64,000 bases of DNA from Eubacteriales bacterium (lineage in GTDB: Bacteria; Bacillota; Clostridia; Oscillospirales; CAG-272): the NCBI GenBank assembly GCA_045122255.1, contig JBGVHJ010000019.1, forward strand, positions 2,345-66,344, read 5' to 3'. A program made the translations under genes and the position numbers. A model generated the notes under the pieces. It had not been told where the DNA came from, ran no database searches, and saw nothing but the letters and a program-made list of their open reading frames with translations. The number at the start of each line of letters is the position of its first letter. Position 1 is the stretch's first letter. Positions 1 to 8,266 of the stretch are shown one piece after another.

Positions 1-1
1 G

Positions 2-1768
2 CTCAAGAGAAACTACGAGTGGATGATGGTCAGAGGTATCAACCTCATGTGCCAGCACCTCGAGGGATACTCCAACAGAGGTATCAGAAAGAGAGACTAT
101 CCTCCGGCAATGTACATTCAGCAGCCTTGGTGGGCAGATTACAAGGTATTCAACGATGCAATGAGCCGCGTTGGTATGCTTCTCGCTGAGGGTGAGATCA
201 AGTTTGACACCCTGCTTATGCACAACCAGACCTCGGGCTGGATCACCTTCAACTGCGGAAATAACACCCTGCCCGACGGCAAGGATATCAAGTATTATAA
301 CCAGTCTCTTATCAACGCGACCCTCGCTCTTGAGGCTAAGCACATTCCTTTCCATCTCGGCGACGAGACACTTATGGAGAGACATGCTCGCGTTGAAGGC
401 AACAAGCTGATCATCGGTGAGCAGACCTACACCACCGTTGTTCTTCCCGAGTATATCTGCTTTATGGAGAACACTCAGAAGCTGCTTGACGAATTCAAGG
501 CTAACGGCGGTAAGATCGTTACCGACATCGCTACTCTTGAGGCTAATCCTATTATCGACAACGAGAAGATCACCTTCACATGGCGTGACTATGGTGACTT
601 CAAGATGTACTATTTCGTAAACTCCAACAATAGCGACGAGAAGGCTGTTATCACAAAGGGCAGCTACGCTATCGACATCGCAACCGGTGAAAAGGTTGAG
701 TTCTCGGGCGAATACACCTTCCCCGCATACGGAAGCCTTGTTGTTATCGACGACGGCACTCCCGCATCTGCCAAGAAGGCAGAGAAGAGCCTTACCGCTC
801 TTGATATTACCGGTAACTGGACTGTTGAGAACGCTACTTATAACTCTGTTACCCTTGACAAGTGCGACTACTGGTTCGACGGCGAGCTTCAGGAAGAGAA
901 CGGCTACGTGCTTAACGTAGTTCCCAGAACCACCGAGCTTCACAGACCCGTCAACGTTCGTTGCGCGTTCAAGATCGATCTTGAATACGTTTCCGACAAG
1001 CTCTTCGTGGCTGTTGAGACTCCCGAGATCTTTACCGTCAAGGTAAACGGCATCGAGATCGACAAGACCGATTGCGGCTTCTTCCGTGATTCCTCCTTCC
1101 GCATGCTCGACATTCAGAAGTATGCCAAGGTAGGCGAGAACGTAATCGAGCTGATTTCTCTTATTACTCAGTCCGAAGAGGTTTATGAGAACATAGAAAA
1201 GAGTAAGAAGTTTGAGTCTGAGAAGAACAAGCTTACCTATGATATGGAGATCGAGGCTATCTACCTTGTAGGCGACTTCGCCGTTAAGACCGAGGGAACC
1301 TTTGAGCCTATTCCCAATAACGCATATTTCTTCGATGGCAAGTTTACCGTTGTAGAGCCTAAGGCTGAGATCGAGCTTAAGAACCTTGAGCAGAACGGCT
1401 ACACCTTCTTCTCCGGCGAGCTTACCGTTTCCAAGAAGTTCACCTTGGATAGCACCGATTACAAGCTCTCCTTCGCGAAGAACGGCTTCAATGCACTCAG
1501 AATCAAGGTTAACGGACAGTACGTTTGCACAGCTATGTGGGCACCCTACGATATTGATCTCTCCGAGTATCTCACCGTTGGCGAGAACACCGTTGAGCTG
1601 ACTATCGTAAACAACCTCCGTAACCTTCTTGGTCCTCACCACCACATAGGCGGCGAGCTCCTCGGCGTTGGTCCTTCCTCCTTCTATAAGGAGCCCTGCA
1701 TCTGGAACGGATTTGCTACAAATTACTTTACTGAAAAGTATAGCTTCGTAAATACGGGACTTATTTAA
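2..1768 (+). CDS. glycoside-hydrolase-like protein, C-terminal part (5' end lies outside the window)
   Basis: The reading frame is open from nt 2 with no upstream stop, so the ATG at 23 is probably internal. The C-terminal half has galactose-binding-like jelly-roll patterns (VNG..V.....PY..D...YL..GEN..EL.I.NN.RNL). A strong terminator follows. I could not assign a family by eye. Confidence 0.5.
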   Translation, partial: LKRNYEWMMVRGINLMCQHLEGYSNRGIRKRDYPPAMYIQQPWWADYKVFNDAMSRVGMLLAEGEIKFDTLLMHNQTSGWITFNCGNNTLPDGKDIKYYNQSLINATLALEAKHIPFHLGDETLMERHARVEGNKLIIGEQTYTTVVLPEYICFMENTQKLLDEFKANGGKIVTDIATLEANPIIDNEKITFTWRDYGDFKMYYFVNSNNSDEKAVITKGSYAIDIATGEKVEFSGEYTFPAYGSLVVIDDGTPASAKKAEKSLTALDITGNWTVENATYNSVTLDKCDYWFDGELQEENGYVLNVVPRTTELHRPVNVRCAFKIDLEYVSDKLFVAVETPEIFTVKVNGIEIDKTDCGFFRDSSFRMLDIQKYAKVGENVIELISLITQSEEVYENIEKSKKFESEKNKLTYDMEIEAIYLVGDFAVKTEGTFEPIPNNAYFFDGKFTVVEPKAEIELKNLEQNGYTFFSGELTVSKKFTLDSTDYKLSFAKNGFNALRIKVNGQYVCTAMWAPYDIDLSEYLTVGENTVELTIVNNLRNLLGPHHHIGGELLGVGPSSFYKEPCIWNGFATNYFTEKYSFVNTGLI

Positions 1769-1783
1769 TTGCATAAAAAATCA

Positions 1784-1818
1784 GGGGAGAAAGCTCGCAG
1801 AGCTTTCTCCCCGTTTTT
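1784..1818 (+). terminator. intrinsic terminator of the glycoside-hydrolase gene
   Basis: A 12-bp perfect stem GGGGAGAAAGCT/AGCTTTCTCCCC with a 5-nt loop, followed by GTTTTT. Confidence 0.8.
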
Positions 1819-1822
1819 GTGT

Positions 1823-2187
1823 TTCAAATTTTGATTTATGGGGATGCGGAGGGGAGGCGCGCGTTACTTTTCTTGAAAGAAAAGTAACCAAAAGAACTTC
1901 CCCTGAAATTATTTGGTGGTGTAGCCATATTGTCATTTTACACCGTGAGGATTTTAAACAAAGCCTCACTGCTATCGTGTTGCAAGTACGATTTAAATCC
2001 TTTATTTAAAAGAGTTTGCAATACACCCGAAACACGGTAGAAGATATATTTTGATTAAAATCTCCACGGTTTTATTTGACAATATGGCTTCTCTATCTAT
2101 TAATTTTAGGGAAGCTTTTTGGCTCCACCTTTTTCTCGAAAAAGGTGGAAACCGCATCCCCGCGTCCCCGATAAACTGCAATTTATC
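1823..2187 (-). repeat. mosaic palindromic intergenic element, copy A
   Basis: Bounded by TTCAAATTTTGATTT (1823-1837) and CCGATAAACTGCAATTTATC (2168-2187), the same termini as copies B-E. The interior holds several hairpins, for example GTTACTTTTCTT/AAGAAAAGTAAC and CCACCTTTTT/AAAAAGGTGG. The GATAAA end overlaps the AraC stop codon (2183-2185). Confidence 0.75.
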
Positions 2188-2971
2188 TCTGTATCCCCTT
2201 TTTCCTGAACTCTGCAGGTGAGAGCCCCGTTTGCTTTTTGAATGCGTAGTTAAAGCCTCTGATGCTCTGGAATCCGCTTTCAAAGGCAATCTCGGTGATG
2301 GGAAGGGTACTATCTCTCAAAAGCGAGAGCGCGTGATCGATGCGGAAGGTGTTCAGATAATCGGTAAACGACATTGCAAACATATCGTTGAACGTCTTTG
2401 AAAGATAGCAATAATCGTACCCGAGATGAGCGGCGAGGGATTTAAGAGAAATATTCTTTTGATAATTTTCCGCGATATACGCGGCGATCTCTGACATAAG
2501 ATTGCCGCGGCGGTTGTCGCGAGGGATAAGCTCGGTCTGTCTGAGATATTCGCTTGTCAACGCGTAAAGGCAGGATTTCAAGAGAAGTATATCGTCGTTT
2601 TTGCCGTTCATCAGATTTTCTGTCAAAAAGCTATTTACGGAGTCGCTGCAACGGAATCTGAAATCCGCACCTGTTTTGCCCTCGATCCGCTTTTTGAACT
2701 CGTGGACGAAATCCTCGGAAAATACGCCTACCCAGATCCTTGAATTATCCAAAGTTTTTACCGAGTGTATCTCGTTTGAAAGACAGAGCGCAAAATCCCC
2801 TTCGTTGAGCGTTTGCAGGTTCCCGTTTACCGAATAAAGGGCTTTTCCTTTTAAAACGTAGGCGATTTCGTAGTTTTTGTGAAAATGATGGGTGTAGTTC
2901 ACGTTATCATACACGAAAATGTTGTAATTGTAATTATTTTGAGAATTGTGAGGCTGGTGGAAAATTTTCAT
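2183..2971 (-). CDS. AraC family transcriptional regulator (cupin sensor + HTH)
   Basis: C-terminal AraC-type HTH pattern (SLKSLAAHLGYDYCYLSKTFNDMFAMSFTDYLNTFRIDHALSLL...ITEIAFESGFQSIRGFNYAFKKQTGLSPAEFRK). The N-terminal part is cupin-like. It is divergent from the GRE operon. Confidence 0.85.
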   Translation of the reverse strand: MKIFHQPHNSQNNYNYNIFVYDNVNYTHHFHKNYEIAYVLKGKALYSVNGNLQTLNEGDFALCLSNEIHSVKTLDNSRIWVGVFSEDFVHEFKKRIEGKTGADFRFRCSDSVNSFLTENLMNGKNDDILLLKSCLYALTSEYLRQTELIPRDNRRGNLMSEIAAYIAENYQKNISLKSLAAHLGYDYCYLSKTFNDMFAMSFTDYLNTFRIDHALSLLRDSTLPITEIAFESGFQSIRGFNYAFKKQTGLSPAEFRKKGIQR

Positions 2972-3081
2972 AAGCCCTCCGATTAAAAGACAATTTATTG
3001 CTATAATTATACAATATATTACTTGTATTTGTCAATATATAATTATAGAATAAAAGTAGAATAGCGGAAAGGAGCGGGAAA

Positions 3082-3933
3082 ATGGCTGAAGCACTGATTT
3101 TTTCAATAGAAGAATTTTCGGTTTTCGACGGGCCGGGCATTCGCACCACGGTCTTTCTCAAAGGGTGTCCATTGCGTTGCGAGTGGTGTCACAATCCTGA
3201 GGGGCAGAGCTTTGAAAATGCAATAGTTCGCTCAACTAACGGTTGTATCGGTTGCGGAGAGTGTCTGCGTCGGGCAGAGCGCGTCGACGGGGGAAAGAGA
3301 TTTACCGAAGACGGCATTGCTAACTGCCCACAGAATCTTTTGCGATATTCGGCGAAAAAATATACGGGGGAGGAGCTTACAGCCCTTTTGTCCAAAAATT
3401 TTGCCATATTAAATGCGAGCGGAGGCGGAATCACCTTTTCGGGTGGCGAGCCTCTTGCCAATGCAGATTTTTTGCTTGAGTGCCTCGGTCTTATGGAAGG
3501 CGGGGTCAACCGCGCGGTGCAGACCTCGGGGTTTGCCTCTCAGGAGGTCTTTGAAAGAGTTCTTGATCGGTGTGACTATATGCTTTTCGACTTAAAACTT
3601 GCCGACGGGGATATGCACAGGCGGTATACCGGCGTTTCAAATCAATTGATACTTAAAAATTTTGCCACGCTTGCTTCAAGCGGTAAGAGCTTTGTTGTGA
3701 GGATCCCTATGATCCCCACCGTCACCGATACCGAGGAGAATATTCGCGGAATCTGCGACATTCTTTCAAGCAACGGTGTAAAATACGTTGAGCTTTTGCC
3801 CTACAACAAGCTTGCGGGCGCAAAGTATCCGCTTGTGGGCATGGAATATATGCCGAGCTTTGACGGTGGTATCGAGCCGCAGATGAGATTTGAAATTTTT
3901 GAAAAATACGGCATCGAAGCCGTTAGGATGTGA
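3082..3933 (+). CDS. glycyl-radical enzyme activating protein (radical SAM)
   Basis: N-terminal CPLRCEWCHNPE (CX3CX2C) motif, an additional CIGCGECLRRAE ferredoxin-like cluster motif, and FSGGEPL. A GGAAAGGAG ribosome-binding site lies upstream. A 4-nt ATGA overlap couples it to the downstream GRE. Confidence 0.88.
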   Translation: MAEALIFSIEEFSVFDGPGIRTTVFLKGCPLRCEWCHNPEGQSFENAIVRSTNGCIGCGECLRRAERVDGGKRFTEDGIANCPQNLLRYSAKKYTGEELTALLSKNFAILNASGGGITFSGGEPLANADFLLECLGLMEGGVNRAVQTSGFASQEVFERVLDRCDYMLFDLKLADGDMHRRYTGVSNQLILKNFATLASSGKSFVVRIPMIPTVTDTEENIRGICDILSSNGVKYVELLPYNKLAGAKYPLVGMEYMPSFDGGIEPQMRFEIFEKYGIEAVRM

Positions 3934-5966
3934 CGGGAGAAACTTTTATGACGGAAAGAGTAAAAAAGCATTATGAACTTTTAAAATCAAAGAAATACAG
4001 GGCAGTCAGGCGCGAGCTTGATATGAACGTAGGGGATGCGGTTGACGGAATGAGCCTTCTCGAAAGCGATGCTTACATGCTGAAATTTATGCTGGACAGG
4101 GAAGAGCCTCATCTTATTGAAGACGATATTTTCGGCTTTAACCGCACCGTAAAGAGCACTCCCTTTGCAGAATACGACGGCAAAAGATTGCGCTCGGGCG
4201 GCACGGGAAACGTAACGATCAATTACGGTCGCGTTCTTGAGAACGGAATGGACGATATTTGCCGCAGAATTAAAGAAAAAATGACCGATTGTGATGAAAG
4301 CAAGCTCGATTTTTATAAAAGCGCGCTCTCCTGCGTCGAAAGTGCGCTGGCGTTTTCCGACAGATACCGCGAGTATGCCAAAGCTCAGGGAGCCGAAAGA
4401 CTGCATAATGCGCTGTGTCGCGTTCCTCACTTTGGTGCGACAAGCTTTTACGAGGCTTGTGTTTTTATAAAATTTATCATTTTCACTCTGCGTTGCAATC
4501 GAAATAACCATCTGACACTCGGCGGATTTGATAAATATATGTATCCGTATTTCAAAGCGGACCTTGAAAAAGGGGTAAGCGAGGGGGAGCTTTTCGAGAC
4601 CCTTGAGGACTTTTTCATTTCGCTGAATTTTGATACCGACCTTTACGTAGGCGTTCAGCAGGGAGATAACGGGCAGAGCATGGTGCTGGGCGGCAGAGAT
4701 GCTGACGGTAACGATCGCTTCAACCGTCTTTCGGAGATGTGTCTTGATGCCTCCAAGGAGCTTTGCGTTATAGATCCGAAGATAAACCTTCGTGTTGATA
4801 AAAATACCCCTCTTTCCCGTCTTGAATCGGCTACCGAGCTGACGAAAAAGGGGCTTGGCTTCCCGCAATATTGCAATGACGACGTGGTTATCCCCGGACT
4901 TGAAAAGCTGGGATATTCGCACGCTGACGCTTGCAATTACACCGTTGCCGCCTGCTGGGAGTATATCACGGAGGGCAGGGGCGGCGATTGGCCCAATATT
5001 GAAAAGGTCAACTTTCCAAAGGCGGTGGAGAAGGCGGTCAATACTTATCTTGCCGATTGCGTCGATTTTGACGAATTTCTTGAGAGGGTCAAGGAGTGTG
5101 TTGCCGAGGAGTGTGGCAGGGTTGCCGACTTTGTTTACAGAGGTAAGATGCATACGTCGCCTTATCTTTCGGTTTTTATTGACGATTGTATAGATCGCGG
5201 GTTGGATATGACCGAGGGTGGTGCGATATACAACAATTTCGGTCTTCACGGTGTGGGAATTGCCAATGCGGCGGACGCTATCGCGGCGGTGAAGAAGGCG
5301 GTATTTGAGGATAAGAAATACACGGTGGATGAGCTTTTGACGGCTATAAAAGCAGATTTTGAAGGTTACAGCGAGCTTCGCAATTATCTGCTTTCCTGCC
5401 CCAAAATGGGAAATAACGACGATTACGTTGATATATATGCAAGCCTTATGATGGAGATCTTTGCAGAAACGCTGAAGGGAAAGACCAATCATTTCGGCGG
5501 TAGGATCCGTCCCGGAACGGGAAGTGCAATGGAGTATCTCTGGAGCGCGGCTCAGGTGGGTGCCACCGCCGACGGAAGGCACGCGAAGGCGCCTTTTCCC
5601 TCAAGCTTTTCACCTGCGGTGACTACCAGGCTTAAAGGTCCTCTTTCTTGCATACAGTCCTTCACGAAGCACGATATGACCGAGGTTATAAACGGCGGCC
5701 CCTTGACTATGGAGATACACGAAAATACCTTTCGAAATCCCGAGGGGGTGAAGAAGGTGGCGGCTTTGGTAAAGGCGTTTATCGATCTTGGAGGTCATCA
5801 GCTTCAGCTTAACGCGATCAGCAGGGAAACGCTGATCGACGCGCAGAAGCACCCTGAGGATCACCAAAATCTCATAGTTCGCGTGTGGGGATGGAGCGGA
5901 TATTTCAATGAGCTCCACGTCGATTACCAGAATCATATAATTTCAAGAACGGAATTTTCAGTGTAA
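3930..5966 (+). CDS. glycyl-radical enzyme, PFL2/dehydratase-like, unusually short (678 aa), substrate unknown
   Basis: C-terminal glycyl-radical signature RVWGWSGYF (Gly codon at 5889-5891). Mid-protein AACWE motif with Cys at 4953-4955 and Glu two residues later. It is translationally coupled to the activase. Confidence 0.85.
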   Translation: MTGETFMTERVKKHYELLKSKKYRAVRRELDMNVGDAVDGMSLLESDAYMLKFMLDREEPHLIEDDIFGFNRTVKSTPFAEYDGKRLRSGGTGNVTINYGRVLENGMDDICRRIKEKMTDCDESKLDFYKSALSCVESALAFSDRYREYAKAQGAERLHNALCRVPHFGATSFYEACVFIKFIIFTLRCNRNNHLTLGGFDKYMYPYFKADLEKGVSEGELFETLEDFFISLNFDTDLYVGVQQGDNGQSMVLGGRDADGNDRFNRLSEMCLDASKELCVIDPKINLRVDKNTPLSRLESATELTKKGLGFPQYCNDDVVIPGLEKLGYSHADACNYTVAACWEYITEGRGGDWPNIEKVNFPKAVEKAVNTYLADCVDFDEFLERVKECVAEECGRVADFVYRGKMHTSPYLSVFIDDCIDRGLDMTEGGAIYNNFGLHGVGIANAADAIAAVKKAVFEDKKYTVDELLTAIKADFEGYSELRNYLLSCPKMGNNDDYVDIYASLMMEIFAETLKGKTNHFGGRIRPGTGSAMEYLWSAAQVGATADGRHAKAPFPSSFSPAVTTRLKGPLSCIQSFTKHDMTEVINGGPLTMEIHENTFRNPEGVKKVAALVKAFIDLGGHQLQLNAISRETLIDAQKHPEDHQNLIVRVWGWSGYFNELHVDYQNHIISRTEFSV

Positions 5967-5973
5967 AGAAAGT

Positions 5974-6260
5974 GATAAATTGCGGTTTATCGGTGTGATC
6001 GTGTCGTAGGGGCGATTCACGAATCGCCCGCCGAAAGCGGTTTAAAATCAACGTATGCGGACCGCCGAGGACGTCGGTCCCTACAATGCGTTGAATGTGG
6101 ATTACCTTACAGTAGAACGATTTGTAATCGATTTATTTGTAGGGACCGGCGTCCTCGACGGTCCGTGAATGAACGATTTAAACAGATTAAACGGCGGCAC
6201 CAAGGCACCGCCCTACGGTTTTAGGGTGTCGCTCATCTAACCCATAAATCAAAATTTGAA
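5974..6260 (+). repeat. mosaic palindromic intergenic element, copy B
   Basis: Starts with GATAAATTGCGGTTTATCGG 7 nt after the GRE stop and ends with AAATCAAAATTTGAA (6246-6260). The interior has GC-rich palindromic GTAGGG modules: GGGCGATTC/GAATCGCCC, and an inverted pair of about 28 nt at 6057-6084 and 6139-6165. Confidence 0.8.
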
Positions 6261-6265
6261 ATACA

Positions 6266-6296
6266 TAAAAAACCGCCGAGACAAAAATCTCGGCGG
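6266..6296 (-). terminator. intrinsic terminator of the HAD hydrolase gene
   Basis: Stem CCGCCGAG/CTCGGCGG with a U-run on the minus strand (A-run 6267-6272 on the plus strand). Confidence 0.7.
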
Positions 6297-6303
6297 TAAA
6301 ATT

Positions 6304-7161
6304 TTATTGCTTATCGGTTTTCTTATACTGTGAGAGCTGCAAAATTTCCTTTGCTTTCAGCTTTTCAAGTATAGCCATATTCTCGATCATCAGCTTAACG
6401 ATATTTTCAAGCGCGGAATTTTCGGAATAGTCAGCCACGCAGACGTAGTTGATTCGCTCGTCGTCAACCAAGGGTCGGACGGTCTCTTTTCTGCCGCGAG
6501 GATAGAGGGCTATCGACTTTCCGCCCTTTTCCTTGACCATCTTCATGCAGGGGATGTCGGTCATTCCGTCGCCGATGTAGATCATATTTCTATATGCTAT
6601 ACGGCGCAGGCTCTCGTCCTGCAATCTGTTAAGATTATAGTCGTCGGTTACGTCGAGAATACCCTTTGAAATACGGTAGATGTACTGTGTTTTAAGGGTG
6701 TAGTTGATGGCAAGAGCGGGCCAAAGCGCCTCGCCGTTCTCGTCGTACATATATCGGCAGGCGTAAATTCTCTTGAAATACTTAGCGATAGGCGTGCCCT
6801 GAATGATCTCGTAGGTTCCCGAGGATATAATATAGTGCTCGATGTTTACACCCATAGCCTCACCGAAGGCGTTGATCCTGTCGAACCAGCTTTCAACTCC
6901 CTTGAAAAGGACTACGTTCTCTCCGCATTGCTTAAGATATTCAGCGGTGAGGGGGATGCCCTTTTCCTTGCACTTTTTGATCATAACGAACATATAAGAG
7001 AGCACCTTTTCGACCTCGTAGGTTGAGGTGACCTTTGCCGCCTCGCCCCAGAAATCGTCGGAGTTCATTTCAAGATTTTTTATAAATGCATATTCCTGCA
7101 TATCGGTGGTGCAGAGAGTTTTATCAAAATCGTAAAGAATACCAATCGTCGGCTTTGACAT
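6304..7161 (-). CDS. HAD-superfamily hydrolase (subfamily IB-like)
   Basis: N-terminal DFDKTL (DxDxT) motif I and a late IGDGMTDIPCM motif (GDGxxD). Confidence 0.7.
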   Translation of the reverse strand: MSKPTIGILYDFDKTLCTTDMQEYAFIKNLEMNSDDFWGEAAKVTSTYEVEKVLSYMFVMIKKCKEKGIPLTAEYLKQCGENVVLFKGVESWFDRINAFGEAMGVNIEHYIISSGTYEIIQGTPIAKYFKRIYACRYMYDENGEALWPALAINYTLKTQYIYRISKGILDVTDDYNLNRLQDESLRRIAYRNMIYIGDGMTDIPCMKMVKEKGGKSIALYPRGRKETVRPLVDDERINYVCVADYSENSALENIVKLMIENMAILEKLKAKEILQLSQYKKTDKQ

Positions 7162-7270
7162 ATCAATTCTCCTTTATTTTAAAATTTATCTTTTCTGAAT
7201 ATATTATAACATATTTTTCACGGTAAAGTCAAGAGGAAAATTCCGACCGCTGCAAAAGCTGAAAACGGCA

Positions 7271-8140
7271 TTATCTTGTCTTTTTGCGAAGCTGACCGGG
7301 AGTCACACCGTTTTTCTCCTTGAATCGGGAAATGAAATGGCTGGTGGAAGAAAATCCGCAGGAAAGGGCGATGTCTGTAATGCTTTTTTCGGTTGACAAA
7401 AGCAGCTTTTCCGCTTCATTGATCCTTATCAAGGTCAGGTAGTCACTGAAGCTGCGCCCAACCGTTTTTTTGAAGGATGCGGAAAAATGGTTGTAGCTGA
7501 GTCCGCAAAATGCCGCGGCATCTCGCTCGTTTACGCTGTCGAAGTTTTCGGATATATATAGGAGCGCGTTTTTGATGGGCTCGGTCATGATCGCCTCGGA
7601 GTGGAATACGCTCTGCTTCTCCCAATAGCGGAATATGCCCGTGAATATTTTAAGAATATTTGCGCGTATTGAAAGCTCGTATGCAGGTGGGCGACCGTTC
7701 CATTCGTCCATAATTTCAAGAGTGAGTGCGTGTATATTTACGTTTTCGAAATCGTGGCCGTGAAATAGCTTCTGGTGAGTTTTATCCGACAGAAAGGGAG
7801 TGACGTATTTAAATTCAAACAGTGAATTATCGTCAAAATAAAGTATTCTGGGGGAAAATTTGACACAGATGTAATGGGAATCTTTATTAAATGAAATATT
7901 ATGCAGCTCTCCCGAGTTGATTATGATCAGGTCTCCCGTGACCATGTGGTGAGGCTTGCCGCTGATCCACACGTTCATATCCGAATCCAGCGCGTAAAGA
8001 AATTCGATATATTCGTGGTAATGGTATCTTTCAACCGTTACCTTATCGTGCTCAGAGGACTCGTTTGCAAAGCAGTCGATACACTGTATCCAGCTTTTGA
8101 CTCCGTTAATAGTAAACGGCTTTTCGGCAAATGAATACAT
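7271..8140 (-). CDS. AraC family transcriptional regulator
   Basis: C-terminal HTH_AraC pattern (AAAFCGLSYNHFSASFKKTVGRSFSDYLTLIRINEAEKLLL...ITDIALSCGFSSTSHFISRFKEKNGVTPGQLRK). It is divergent from the oxidoreductase/ThuA pair. Confidence 0.85.
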   Translation of the reverse strand: MYSFAEKPFTINGVKSWIQCIDCFANESSEHDKVTVERYHYHEYIEFLYALDSDMNVWISGKPHHMVTGDLIIINSGELHNISFNKDSHYICVKFSPRILYFDDNSLFEFKYVTPFLSDKTHQKLFHGHDFENVNIHALTLEIMDEWNGRPPAYELSIRANILKIFTGIFRYWEKQSVFHSEAIMTEPIKNALLYISENFDSVNERDAAAFCGLSYNHFSASFKKTVGRSFSDYLTLIRINEAEKLLLSTEKSITDIALSCGFSSTSHFISRFKEKNGVTPGQLRKKTR

Positions 8141-8266
8141 AAAAAATCTCCAATCGTAAAAATATGATATTATTCAGTTAATTCATTATATCATATATCG
8201 CAGAAATATGCTATACTTAAAATACAAAAAAAATAAAATTTTTTTATTTTGGAGGAAAAATCCATT

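Noticed and set aside
1781-2289. ORFs of 62 and 95 aa inside repeat copy A; likewise 47735-47993 inside copy D and 62068-62406 running from the end of copy E across yqfC on the antisense strand
   Set aside because: They are translations of palindromic repeat modules, or antisense readings. None has an RBS, and the same peptides would recur wherever the repeat occurs.
3987-5582. 531-aa ORF antisense to the glycyl-radical enzyme gene
   Set aside because: It lies entirely inside a well-supported sense gene. It has no RBS and a low-complexity, motif-free translation. Long antisense frames are expected in codon-biased genes.
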